Assembly: GCA_015680685.1 (NCBI GenBank)
Contig: MNCI01001988.1
Coordinates: 147,799-211,798 of the forward strand
DNA: 64,000 bases
From: Gnetum montanum
Taxonomy: Eukaryota > Plantae > Gnetophyta
Reading direction: 5' to 3'
Position 1 is the stretch's first letter; each line of letters starts with the position of its first letter. Under the pieces are notes generated by a model. It did no database searches. It saw only the letters and a list, made by a program, of their open reading frames with translations, and was not told the DNA's origin. The translations under genes were made by a program, and so were the position numbers. Shown here one piece after another: positions 38,201 to 50,039 of this stretch.

Positions 38201-40000
38201 GTCATCCTACCATATGCATGACAGTGCTACTCCTCCTAGAAACATAGGTAATGTATCAAGGGGGGCATGACTCATTTCTAAAATAGTGAGGTTAACAATG
38301 GAAATCAAGAAGCCCTACCCTACAGAGGAGCTGGCACGCAAAGTTGGGGGAGAGGTAAGAAACTATGCTTCAGACTTCAGGATGCATGATCAGAGTTAGC
38401 CAGTAAAATGCATTATTTATTTATTTTTCTTATTTTTTTGTATTGAATATTCTAATTTAGATTTGTGCAATGCAAGCAAGAGGGCCCCTATAGTAGAAGA
38501 GAAGCCTTGAGAGGATGATGTCCCTCAACTCAAGGGACACATGGCAAACAAGGATGCTGTCAAAGTTTTAAGGCAACTCAAAGAGGGGCTACAATTTGAG
38601 GATAGTGAGTTTGATCACTTGTTTGAAGGTGTGCAGATGGGTGATCCCCTCACTTTCACCCTTGAGGGTTTGCTAGGTAGGATCTTTGCACCACCATCTT
38701 CATTATGATTTTCCTCTTCCTCTCTCTTATTTTTTTTTTATATTTTTGCGTTTTGTCTGTATGATCCTAAAATGCTTTATATTATAGTAAGTGATGCTTC
38801 TGCTAAGTGTCTCGAATCTACATCCACTTTCCACTAATGACCATGGGTAGAAACTCTAGATAATTTTACATTCATGCAAGGCATAGTGAATGACATGATC
38901 AACCACTTGAAACCGATAGATCTTGAGAGAGGTATGTTTATCTCTTTTTTTTGGCTTTTTTGCTTTGTATTATGATTAGTGTTTAACCCCTTGGTATAAT
39001 AGGCTCATGAATTAAATGGAATTGAGGAGAGTATTCCAAGTTTATGTTGTACTATAGTTCCCTCCTGAGGTGGAACAGGTGCCTCATCGTATATACGATG
39101 AGGCAAGCAAATTCACACTACACTTCACACGATCATTGTGGGAGTTCAAGTGTGTGAATGAGGAGCTCTAGAAACAAGTGCAAGAGCTTTGGGAATAGAA
39201 GGTGAACTAGATAGACCAACTAGAAGATTTTTAGTCATGGTACAACTTCTTGGTAGCTCACAAAAAATCAAACAATAGCTAGTGTATGGCTGTGATTGAC
39301 TAGGCTAGGTACTGATCAGCTGTCCAAGGCAAGCATGAGGCTACTTGTGAGGCCATTGAACAACTCTTGCAGATGGACCTTTTGGATTGAAAGAATCAAA
39401 ATTGGAAGGATTACAATGCCAAAGTATATGAATGGGGATAGAATTGGAAAAACCACAAGTATCATTACAAGATGGAATGCATAGCCTATCGTAAGAAGTA
39501 CTAGGATGAGTCTATGGAATGCCAATGTCATGAAATATTCCTTGACACCATTAGTGAGATGAAGGCTTACCAAATTTTCACAAATGATCTGGTGGTTAGT
39601 GAGTCCCCAGAGAGGGAGATCATTATTCTTTTTAGAGAGGTCACATTTGCCACATTTTCTCTAGGGTCACCCATATGGATATCCATGGAGAAAGGGAAGA
39701 CCCTCACAAGCATTGATTTGGGAGAGGAGGATTGGACACACATGTCAGAGGAGAAGATGCTCTAACACCTAGAGGCTAGGCTCAATAGGATGCCCCTAGA
39801 TATGGATGTGGGCCCATATTAGGTTAGTTTAACTTATTTTATTGCTAGCTATTTCATAAAAATTTTGCATGTTATCCCCTTTACTGAATGGTTTATCATT
39901 TGTTTTTGTGTAGGCTCTAGGTGAGAGTGCAGGACCCAGTAGAGTAGTGGATAAAGATGGAGGGGAAGAGCCTTAGATTCTCATCATGATGCAAATTAAA
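35295..40000 (+). pseudogene. Full-length (decayed) antisense multi-exon accessory gene of A2
   Basis: Exon 1 is 35295-35413 (119 nt, the same length as in A1). Exon 2 about 36620-37068, exon 3 37150-37421, exon 4 from 37506. Further introns near 38395-38477, 38932-39002 and 39822-39913. Confidence 0.85.
36000..36380. repeat. About 6-7 roughly 60-75 nt units with a quasi-palindromic core (GTCATGCTC-n-AGCATGAC) in intron 1
   Basis: Repeated TCATGCTCC..GCATGACCAACACTTAGAAA. A different repeat (GGGATGGGACAAG) lies at 35660-35960. Confidence 0.7.
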
Positions 40001-40189
40001 ATGTTCGAGATATAGCCCTGTTGTTGGGTAGTTTTATATCTTTTAATGTGGATGTAATCTTTGACTAAGCATTTTATTTATGATTTAATGAAAAGCACGA
40101 TATTTATTTATCTCTGGCGGTATTGTTTAAACTTTTCATTCAATTGATCTCACTTTGGATTTTTGTTGATGTAATTAGGCCCCTTGTGG

Positions 40190-40580
40190 GACCCATGCTA
40201 GTTTAAGGCCATTTCATACCATCACTAGTTTAAGGCTATTTTGAGACATTACATAGAAGGAAGTTGGTTGCCAATTTTAGGCCTTCGTGGGCCATGCAAT
40301 AATTTAAGGCCATTTCAATCCATTGCTAGTTTAAAGCCATTTCAGTAATAGTTTAAGGCCATTTTGGGCTGTAGGCTAGTTTAAGGCCATTTCAAGCCAT
40401 TGTTATTTTAAGGCCATTTTGGGCTATATGGTAGTTTAAGGTTATTTCGGGCTATCGCGCAAAAGAAAGTTGGTTTCCAATTTTAGGCCTTGGCAGGTGA
40501 TGTAATAGTTTAAGGCTATTTTAGGCCATTGCTAGTTTAAGGCCATTTTACGCCATGTTGTAGTTTAAGGCCATTTCAAG
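40190..40580 (-). repeat. Dense motif array (AGTTTAAGGCCATTT) after protease in A2
   Basis: About 13 copies, mostly spaced 22-30 nt apart. Confidence 0.9.
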
Positions 40581-40744
40581 ATCCTTTTTTTTTTTGTTTT
40601 TTTTTGTTGTTTTGTTTTTTTATTTTTTGTAGAAAGCTAAACAAAATCATAACTAAATGCAAGAAGCAAACATAATGCAACTTGAAACTATACAAGCAAA
40701 GGGGCTAGAGGTAGGTTGGGCTAGCAAAAAAAAATAGGGACATG

Positions 40745-43700
40745 CCCTAATCGCGCAGATGTTTCCTAACCCGATGCAAATTAAGTGGTGTGTAAGGCTT
40801 GGTGGGCACTAGATGGTACTCTTATAGGTCATCATCTACACCAAAAAGGGCAATTCTACCCATAGAGCTTCCTCATGAGGGTCACTCATTTTTGCTTGGT
40901 TCATCAGCTAAACAACATCGACTTTCATTGCAAATAGGTGGTTTATCTTCAGATATTTCTACCTTTAACCCTTGCTTATTATCTACATTATTGATGGTCC
41001 GAGGGGCTATGTTGTCACCAAAGTTCACCACTTTTCCATCCTTGTAAGATAAGTGGATCTCTTGGTGGATTGGTGAAGAAACAGCCTATAGCTAGGCTAA
41101 CCAGGATCTCCCTAAGATTATGTTGAATTTGGGAATTTCTTCAACCATGATGAACTTTGTGTTAGTGGGGAATTTCTCCCTTGCCACAAAATCAATCGTG
41201 ACTATCTCCTTGACAACCATGCATGGTTCATTGAAGGATTTTAAATAGGTCATTGTTGGCCTAATTTGATCCACCAGGCCAAGCTTATCGATGATGGGGA
41301 ACGGGATAATGTTAGTTGCTTCCCCATCATCTACGTGCATCTTGCAAATTTTTTACTAACCCACGTGAATTTTTATGAACATGGATGTAGTGGTTACTTG
41401 ACCCTTCTCAAGGTTAGCTTTTATTAATTCATTGTTAAAGGTTAAGAGTGTTGACCTTGGTTCTTTGGTTTTAGGCAAGAGCATTACAATGTGAATAGCC
41501 TTTTCCTCTACTGGCATGTCTTCCTTAATAGAAATGGATGCCAACATGTGAAGCAAAGCCTCACGATGCACGGGGAAGGTCATAATTAGATCGTACAAGC
41601 TCAAAGTTGTATTCTTTTGTTTTAGAGCTTGCTTGACTTGTGCGAGTGCATCTAGAAAATATTTTTCACTATCAGCTTGTTTGGTGGTCTTTATCTCCTT
41701 GATGCACCCTAAGAGATAGATTTCTTGAGGAGGAGACTTGGTTTTTGGTTGGGCAGTGGGCCTTTGAGCCTTGGTGGTTACTTTTTGCATGTTCTTGTCT
41801 ATGTTGGTGGCCTTAGAAGATGAGGCCATGGGAATATCTGATAAGGGGTAGGCTTAGGGGGACCTAGCTCAGTGCGTTCCCTAGCCATCTTGTCAACTAG
41901 ATGCTCATCACATCTCTTCGAGCAAGTAGGTCATGATGTAGTCCCCATCACTGGACCCAAGTAGATGGGGGATCTGCATGTTTTAGTGCCCTTATGACAA
42001 AAGGTTTTTGTGTTGTTGTTACAACACTATGCAATGCCAAAAAGGGTATCATGAGCACCCACAGTGGTGCCTTGATGAAAAGGATGGCCTGTGACCTAGT
42101 TGATGTTGAAGTTTCAACATCATTGAAGGGCACATGGACCACAAATGGTTCATGTGTTGGCTCTACACCATCATTAATGCTGATAGAATTAATGATATAT
42201 CCTACACAACTATTGTTTAATGGGTCCTTATAGGATTTCATGGACTGGTTCTCCGACTGAACAAGATTACCTTCATCAAGGACCAACTTGCCCTAATCGA
42301 TCATGCATTGAATATCATACTTCAACGCTAGGTAGTAATCTATGTCATGGCCATGCAACTTATGGTAGTTGTAGATCTAGTGTAGTCTAAAATTTTTAGG
42401 TACTGAAGGCTCATTGGACATAGCCACAAAGGGGTTTTGGAGGACCTTGCAGTACCTCTCATGGAATTTGCAAGCATCCACTGAAATTTGCTTGTGTTGA
42501 ATGTGCCCAGCACTAAGCAATTGATCCAAAAGCTCTAATGGCTTGATTGGAAAAGGGATGTATTTTGAGTTATTCTTACACTCAAAGCTTGGCCTTGGGG
42601 GAGCTTGCCCCGTGACCATTGATGATGCACGCGAGTTGGTTCCCGCATTGTCAAAGCTTGATGTTTTGTTGCTATTGGATAGGGCCTTAGGTGCCTTAGC
42701 TACTTGCTTGTTGTTGTTGGGCTTAGCTTCATTAGCCATAGCCACCATGGTGGTTTTCATGGCCTTCCTCTTTTCCTTGTCTCTTTTTGCATGCACATTC
42801 TTGTAGGCTATGTAAGCCGGGTCATTGCTGGCCTCCGTTGTGTTCTGTATGCTCTTTGTTTGAGTAAAAGCTTGGCTAAGGGAACACAAGGCTAAATAGT
42901 ATAGCTTTGATTTAATAAAATCATTCACTGTGCCTTTAAAAATGGCTAGTAGGTGGGTTTCAGCAATTGGCTCACAAATCTCATTTAGGGAGGTGCTCCA
43001 TCATTGTATGAATTTTTGCACTGGTTCCAACACTTCTTGCTTAATGTTCATGAGCTAGTCTAGTGTCGCTTATGGCTTCAAGTTGTACTTGAAGAAAGTT
43101 AGAATTGGCTTAGCAACTCCTCCAGAGTTGAAATGGATGCTCGATGAAGCACGTGATACCAATCTATAGCTTTGCCAGTCAGATACATGGCAAAGACACA
43201 GATAATCACATGTGGCTATGCTTGCAGTAGTAAGCACTCAGAACAAAAAGTGACTAAGTGGGCATTTGGGTCACCCTCATCATTTTAGTTTGTGAACTGG
43301 GGAAGTTGGACCCTAGGAGGCAATGTCAGTGAAGGGATTGCAGGGCTAATGGGATTGTCCTGATAGAAGTCCATTATGTGGACCATCTTCGAGTTGGCTG
43401 ATTTAAGCCTCTTGACATCGTCTGTGAGAGTTTGGATAAGCTAGAATGCTTGGTCCAAACTCAAGGATGTTGCAGAGGGTTTCATGAACTATGCCATTGG
43501 ACCTACCCATAGCTCGATTGTGGGCTATCCCACCACATGTGATGCTTGGTATGTTTGCTACTGCATATACTATGAAACATGAGAAAATTAAATAGTGGGT
43601 AAAGGTGTTGTTGCCCACCATGTAGTTGAGGTTGGAGCTATTGTTAGTGGTGGGATTGATATGGCTAGGGTAATGGAAATGTGACTCGTTTGTGGCTACA
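40745..43700 (-). pseudogene. gag: gag-protease of A2, decayed
   Basis: Gag core near 43000-43400, decayed knuckle YHKLHGHDIDY.LALK near 42300-42375, and protease ORF 41092..41340 (VDDGEATNI...NIILGRSWL). Outer boundaries are approximate. Confidence 0.88.
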
Positions 43701-44845
43701 ATATGAGCATGGTGTGCACATATGGCAGTGTTGGTGTCATAAATGCTAGCTACAAAGGCTAAACAAACTATGAGAAAATGAAAAAAGGAAAAGGAGTAGA
43801 AGGTCCTAAATTATATTATGTAGACAGGACTTGGTGGCTAGCTACCATTGGTGAAGTTTTAGGTTGTGAAAGCATCATAGCTACCTCAAAGAAGGTAGAA
43901 GACTATGACTAGTGTGGCAGGAATACAGAGGCAGTCTCTAGGGCTAAGACATAGAGCAGGATGCCATCATTAGAATGAGATTCAAACTCCTCCCATCCAT
44001 CTTGTAGGGGTTCATCATAGTTGGATGCTGAGTCCTACTCTTTTGACCCACTCATCTTGACATGTTGATCCAAATTCCATTTGAAAGTTTCAGTGAGTGG
44101 TATAACCATGCCAAGGGTGGGAAGGAACTCTGTTCTGTTTTGGTGGATAATTTTGAAACTATGCTTTTCTTCCATTTCCTAGTAGTCTAATGGTAGGCTC
44201 ACTTGAATCTTTGCACACAAAATGTTGTATCATTCATCATCAAGTGCTGTGTGTTTAGGTGATTGGTGTTGTAGTCTAAGAGACTGCCATTGTGGGCACA
44301 CCAAGCTAGATGGTTACTTGATGTTTACCATGTGCTGAATGGGGTGAGCCACCTCCAAGATCAAGGTGGTAGTAAGGTCTTAACAGGATTCATTTTCATT
44401 TCTTAAGAAGGTGTAAGAAAAAGAAATACTTGCAAAAAATGTTTAAGTGCAGAAATTTGAGAGAAAATGGCTAAGTATGAAAACTGTAAAGGAAACAAGC
44501 CAAAAATGGCTAAGTTTAGAAACACTAAAAAAATGGTTATTTCTAGCATTATGCTTGTCATGCTCTAAGGGATTTTTATACTCATAGGGTTATCATGCTC
44601 TACAGAACACTCAGAGCTTGATGAAGTGGATAGTTTTGGCTTTTTGTCCTATGGGGTTCTAGGGGAATTGTTAGCTGGGATCAATCTACACCAACCAGAA
44701 TGTAGATAACTCCTATATTGGCCTATGATCCAACTACTACCATGGTAGGTCCACAAGGGTGTTATGCTTACACTAGCTTGTTGCTAGTGACAAAGGTATA
44801 GAAAGCACATGGGACTACCCTTTACATGAAGAAGGAATGGGAGGT

Positions 44846-44861
44846 CCTCCTTCTAGTGCCA
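44846..44861 (-). other. Primer binding site of A2 (TGGCACTAGAAGGAGG)
   Basis: Follows the LTR end ...CATCACA after a T5 spacer and starts with TGG. Confidence 0.7.
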
Positions 44862-44866
44862 AAAAA

Positions 44867-46725
44867 TGTGATGTCCAAAAATGTTGGTGGCTGGAACACC
44901 AAGAGGTCCATGAGTGTATAGCCAAACTCAAAATCCATGTAAGGGCCATGCTGGGAGAAATGGAAATGAGGTGCCCTGAATGGTCTAGTTGATCAGATAG
45001 GGACTTATGTGGTGTAACAATAACTGTTTGTAAAAGGAGTTTTTAGTGAGCTTCGTGTAGGAGCCGAGACAATAAGCAAGAATGTAATGTATTGTGAATA
45101 TGCACATGCCTATTAATAGTAGAAAAAAATGCAAGAATAATGCTAAAAACTTTGAAACAAATGCTAAGAAACTAGAACTAGAGTTTGAAGATGGAGAAAT
45201 GCACCACCCGAAGATCAAGGAGTGCAACTTTTGATTAAATGGTGTTTAAAGCTGGTATGTGGCATTCAAACAAGCACAAAAGTAGCGTAGCAGGGTGGCC
45301 ATAGTCTCTGGGATGTCATGGATGTAGTGTTGAAAATTGCAAGGAAGGTTGAACTTGTTGGGTTGGCATTCATCATGTTGTGTAGGTGCAAGAAAGATTG
45401 TGTCATGGTACTTGCCAAGGTGTCACGCTATGTAGGAGTAGTGAAGATGCTAGGAGTGATTTAATGCTTAATGCTCAAAATGATTCGTCAACCCCTAAAA
45501 TGTTGATCATTGGGGTATTTATAGGGCTAGGGTTGACATGAGATACAGAATGGGTACCATGTGGCTTAGGTCCCACGTAGCATGGGTGTCGATGAGTCAC
45601 GCTAACATGTTATGCTCAAAATGTTACACTTTGAGGGTTAATCTTAAAGTGTTATGCTCTATAGGATAGGAACAGGAACTCAAAAATTGCCAAAATGTGA
45701 CCACACTGCCTAGATTGCATGTGCTAGAGTCTGAGAGACCACCATGTACCTACAATCAATGCCAAAACAATGTAGCTTGGAGTCTATACTTTGGAACTAT
45801 GTCTTCCCCTTATTCTGAGTAGGCAAGCATAGGAACAATTTTGTGGATTAATGGGGGGTGAAAAAGTAAGATAAACTACTAATCTTGGCTGCCAGAGGGA
45901 TGTCACAGCTAAAATGAAGATCAATGCTAAGTTCTAGGAGCTTCTAGAGACTTTTGGAGGCATTTTCCATGTGTGACGTTGTCTACGCTGCACAACATAG
46001 TAGAGCGTAGCATGAGCACTTAGCAATTTTTTGCAAATTTGACTTGTCATGTTGTCGATGCTGTGTAGTGTAGCATAAGTATTTTGTCAAATTTTGATGA
46101 AACTTGTAATGTTTCTCCGTGGCACACTGACCGCACTCTGGGATGTAGTAGGATAGGTAGCCTTGGAAGTCAAAAAACTGCCAAATGCATCTCCCATGTC
46201 TAGATAGCTTGACGGATCCTTGTCCAACACTTAAAAAAAATTTGTCCCTATAACCTATGTTAAGCTCACTATGCTGTGTAGTGTAGTAGAGCATGATAAC
46301 TTGCAAGATAGAAAATTTTCCAAACTGTTTCTTCCATCTTGAACATTTTTGACAAACTCTAGCTTGGTACTTGGGTGGACTGGCAACTAGAACATGTGTC
46401 AAGCTGGGCAAGCTAGAGAGCGTAGCGATTTTGACAATCTAGAAAATAGAAAATTTGCTAAACTATTTGGTTCATCCCAAGTGAATCTTAACTACTTTTG
46501 GCTTGACATTTGTGTAGACTAGCCATGGAACTATGTGCTATGCTAGCTATGCTAAGAAGCATAGTAGGCAGACTTAGAAAAATTTTGCAAAAATTAGGAC
46601 TTCAAGTGTGCTATGCTGTCTATGCTGCACAACATGATAGAAGACTTAGAAAAATTTTTCCCAAGTTTTGACACTTAAACAAATCTTTCATTGAACTGCA
46701 TGAGCCCGAAATTGGTGGTGTTTCA
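44867..46725 (-). repeat. 5' LTR of A2 (1859 bp)
   Basis: TG...CA termini and TATA at 45516-45523. Homologous to 28458-29285 and 8523-10399. Confidence 0.9.
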
Positions 46726-47946
46726 GTAAAGAGGAAAAAATGGAAGCATTGCTAGATGATTTCCATCTTCTGCCAGAAGTTGCAGTGGTAGTAGGACAGC
46801 TATAATAGCCTCAACCACTACATGTACTTGAGCCTCAGGAGCTTCCACCACCTAGGAACATGTGATATTTTCAATTTTCTTCACACCATTAGAGGACACG
46901 TCGAATTTTTGTTTGGTGTTCAATATTGTGTCGTGAACACCAAAAATTTGTAATTTGTTGATTCGTATGCTTGGGCACTTAGTTTTTTCATGTTCATTTT
47001 GTTGTATCATGTATTAGTTAATAATTCCATACCTTCTCAATTTTTTAAGGAACTTAAGGATGAGTTTTCATTTAGTTATGGAGGTATGATAAGTCCTAGA
47101 TTGGCCATGTCAACTAGGCCTTATCAACACATTGTTTGATGCATTAACGTGGCCCCATTAATGTAGGGCCTATTATTGCCTATAAATACATTCCAACCTA
47201 TTGTGTTTAGGCATCATCTTATCATAGTTATAGTAAAGATCTTCCAGTTTTTACATTTGAAAGTTAGAATATTTTTTTGAGTGCTCACAGTAGGAGTCAT
47301 TAAGTGTACAAATTTTTATTCAAGCATTGTTGTACCTAAGCATGATAGTGTATGCAACAATAAAAACAAAATTATTAATAAACACTGAAGCATTTTGGAT
47401 AGCTTAAAATGTTTCATTCATGCATTTAATGTTTTCAATTATTTATTCCATGTTCTCTAGTAATTAAGCTAATTAAGTAGTTAAGAGAGATAAGCTAAAT
47501 AACAATTAACTAAACACATAAGTATGACTACTTCGAGCATGCATATGACATTTGAAAATATCAACAGAGCTTAAAACTTAGTAACATAGAAATGTTATAG
47601 GTGTTTAGGATGTGTATGACAAGTGGTACTGGATACTTATGTTAGGACTAGTTAAACAATAGTTAGCCAATTAGATTATAGTGAACATTAAATTACTTTA
47701 TTCTTTATCATGTTTATTTCAAGAACCAAAATCATAAAATATAAAATGATAAAACTCATGTCTTAACCATACCCTTATGCATCACAAGTGTAATTAAGAA
47801 GATAATGAATGACTATTAGGGCAAAGTTCACTTCCTAGAAGACTAGTGTGTTGGAAGATATAGAGTCCATGGAATTTGACCAGATCATGCATGAACACTT
47901 CATGCTTCATATGGATGGGCATAGGGGTATCCTCAATCACTCACCA
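46726..47946 (+). mobile_element. Athila-like 3' fragment (end of extra ORF, PPT, LTR 47087-47946)
   Basis: Reverse-complement homologue of 23886-25250; LTR termini TGATAAGT...ACTCACCA. Confidence 0.78.
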
Positions 47947-50039
47947 AGCACAAATTTAGCAACACTAAGGTTCATGAAGAATTGATATAAGCCTCTCAAG
48001 TATGTTTCAAGCTGGAAGTGTAAGCCATGCTAATCAAGTATCGTATCTCTAATCCAATAAGTACTATGCATTTCATTGGGAAATATATTTCTAATATCAA
48101 AAAGTTATTATTAAGTTGCATTACACCATATTTTCATTTTCCAATTATCTCTATTGTTGGAAAATATTAGAAAATTTTTGGAAATATCTTATATGATAAG
48201 AATAGTATAGTAATACAACTTTTCAAATTGAAACTAGAAATGCCAAACTTTTCAAACTATTCATAGGACATTTCAATCAAAACCATGGAAATAGGATGAT
48301 CATGGACTTGCTCAAAGCATCAATTATTTGTTAGAATATAGGTACTACTTATCAAAGATTATGCTTGAATATTGAGATTGAGAACTGCTTGTTTCAATTT
48401 AAAAACAAAGGAGCTTCAACTAATCCAAAAAGACCCATCATTATCCAACTTTAAGGCTAGATGTAGACCAAGTAGGAACAAACACCCTATCTAATTTTCT
48501 CATTAAAACTTGCATTTCTATACTTAATTAGAAATTTTTAAGCTATGAGGGAAACATGCATATTCCATTGTTTTTTCAAGGCAATGCAACTACCACAACC
48601 ATGAATCCTATTGATAAGTGTACATTCATATACCTTAATGGATACAAGATGTTAAAATTTTCAAATGGCACTTCTTGAAATTATTTACTAATATGATCAA
48701 GTAAAAACATTTACTTAATAGACTTAAAACAACAAAATACCGATGATAAAGCATGTAGAAGCAGCTAGTCCATCAAGTATCTCAAGACATTCTATAAGTA
48801 TTACTTTCAAAGGGCTGAAAAATAAAATAGGAGCTACCTTATGTTAGAGTTAATTTTTGAGGATTTAATAAACTATCATTTGAACCAATAAGCCCATAAG
48901 AGAAACCAATGTGTCATGATTTTTCCTAAACTCAACTCTTAGGAAACATCATGAGGGAAAGTAAATAACAAGAAGGAAATTAAGAGGAGTAAGTACCAAA
49001 AAGAAAAATCAATGTCCAAGAATAGCTAAGTAGGTTATAGCAAGATTTTAGATAGTGATCAAGTAAAATACTTGCAAGACATCTTAATCAAGAGTTAGGT
49101 CTACTTTTACCTTGAATATTTTTCATGTCATTAATCTTTGCTCATTTAGGAATAAATTTTTGTTTCAGTGTTTGAGGTCTCTAACAACTCCTCCTACCTT
49201 GGTGATCTCCAAGATGATGATTGAAAATGAGAAATAGGCTCCCCCTACACATGTGCAATACTTCTTGGGCCTTAAGACCAAAATGCGAGTCACAAAATAA
49301 CACTACAACTATACGTCAACTTTTAGCCCAATTGTGGAGATCAAGGTCTTCAGTCAAAATTGATAGATATTTTTAGAGGCTTGTCTTATCTCATAATTAG
49401 TAAAAATTTCTCAAAGGACATGTGCATAGAAATAGATCATCATAAGAAATTCAAATTATTGAATCAATTATATCACTTATTCACTTATATCACTTATATC
49501 ACTTATATCAAATAAAATATTTTATTTATAGAATCACTTATATCAAACCCAAGGATAAATGTAAGAGATGCTCTAAATAATTATTTTAATTTTTTTTATC
49601 TAGAAAAAAAATAACCAATTTTGGACTTCCAAATCATGTTTTGATTACCTAGTAAGAAAAAACATGAAAACTTACCTTGACTTACCTTGCCTGCTAGTGA
49701 GGAGAGAAGATTAATGGATTTTAATATGAGGTCCCCTATCATGAAGCACCTCCTCATCTATAGATTCTCTTTCATTATATTATGTATGTGATATCTCTAT
49801 TTTTTATGTTCTGTATGATGGAACCCTTGAGCACTCCTTGCATTAATCTTAGTACTCCACTTTTCTTCATTCTCTCTTATTGGTACTTGCTCAATTTCCT
49901 TACTAAAGCATTTTTGACAAGCCCAAGCATGAATCTTATTTTGATCATCATAGTTATGATTTTTCCTACAACCACAAATTTTACATATAAATGTAGTATC
50001 ATCCTCATGATAAAAATTATCAAACCTTACTATGCTTGA

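Larger units (their letters stand above)
28458..46725 (-). mobile_element. Near-complete Tat/Ogre-type LTR retrotransposon, copy A2 (about 18.3 kb)
   Basis: Order on the minus strand: 5' LTR, PBS, gag-PR, antisense gene, RT-RH-aRH-INT, PPT, truncated 3' LTR. Confidence 0.92.

Noticed and set aside
35295-40000. Spliced gene read as a host gene
   Set aside because: It lies between the LTRs of A2, recurs at the matching internal position in three element copies, and is as decayed as pol.
42543-42895. Plus-strand ORFs overlapping gag
   Set aside because: Antisense shadows of the gag frame with no independent support.
48120-48900. Possible LINE RT remnant (FPIISIVGKY*KIFGNIL)
   Set aside because: Only one weak motif; I could not extend it to further RT motifs.
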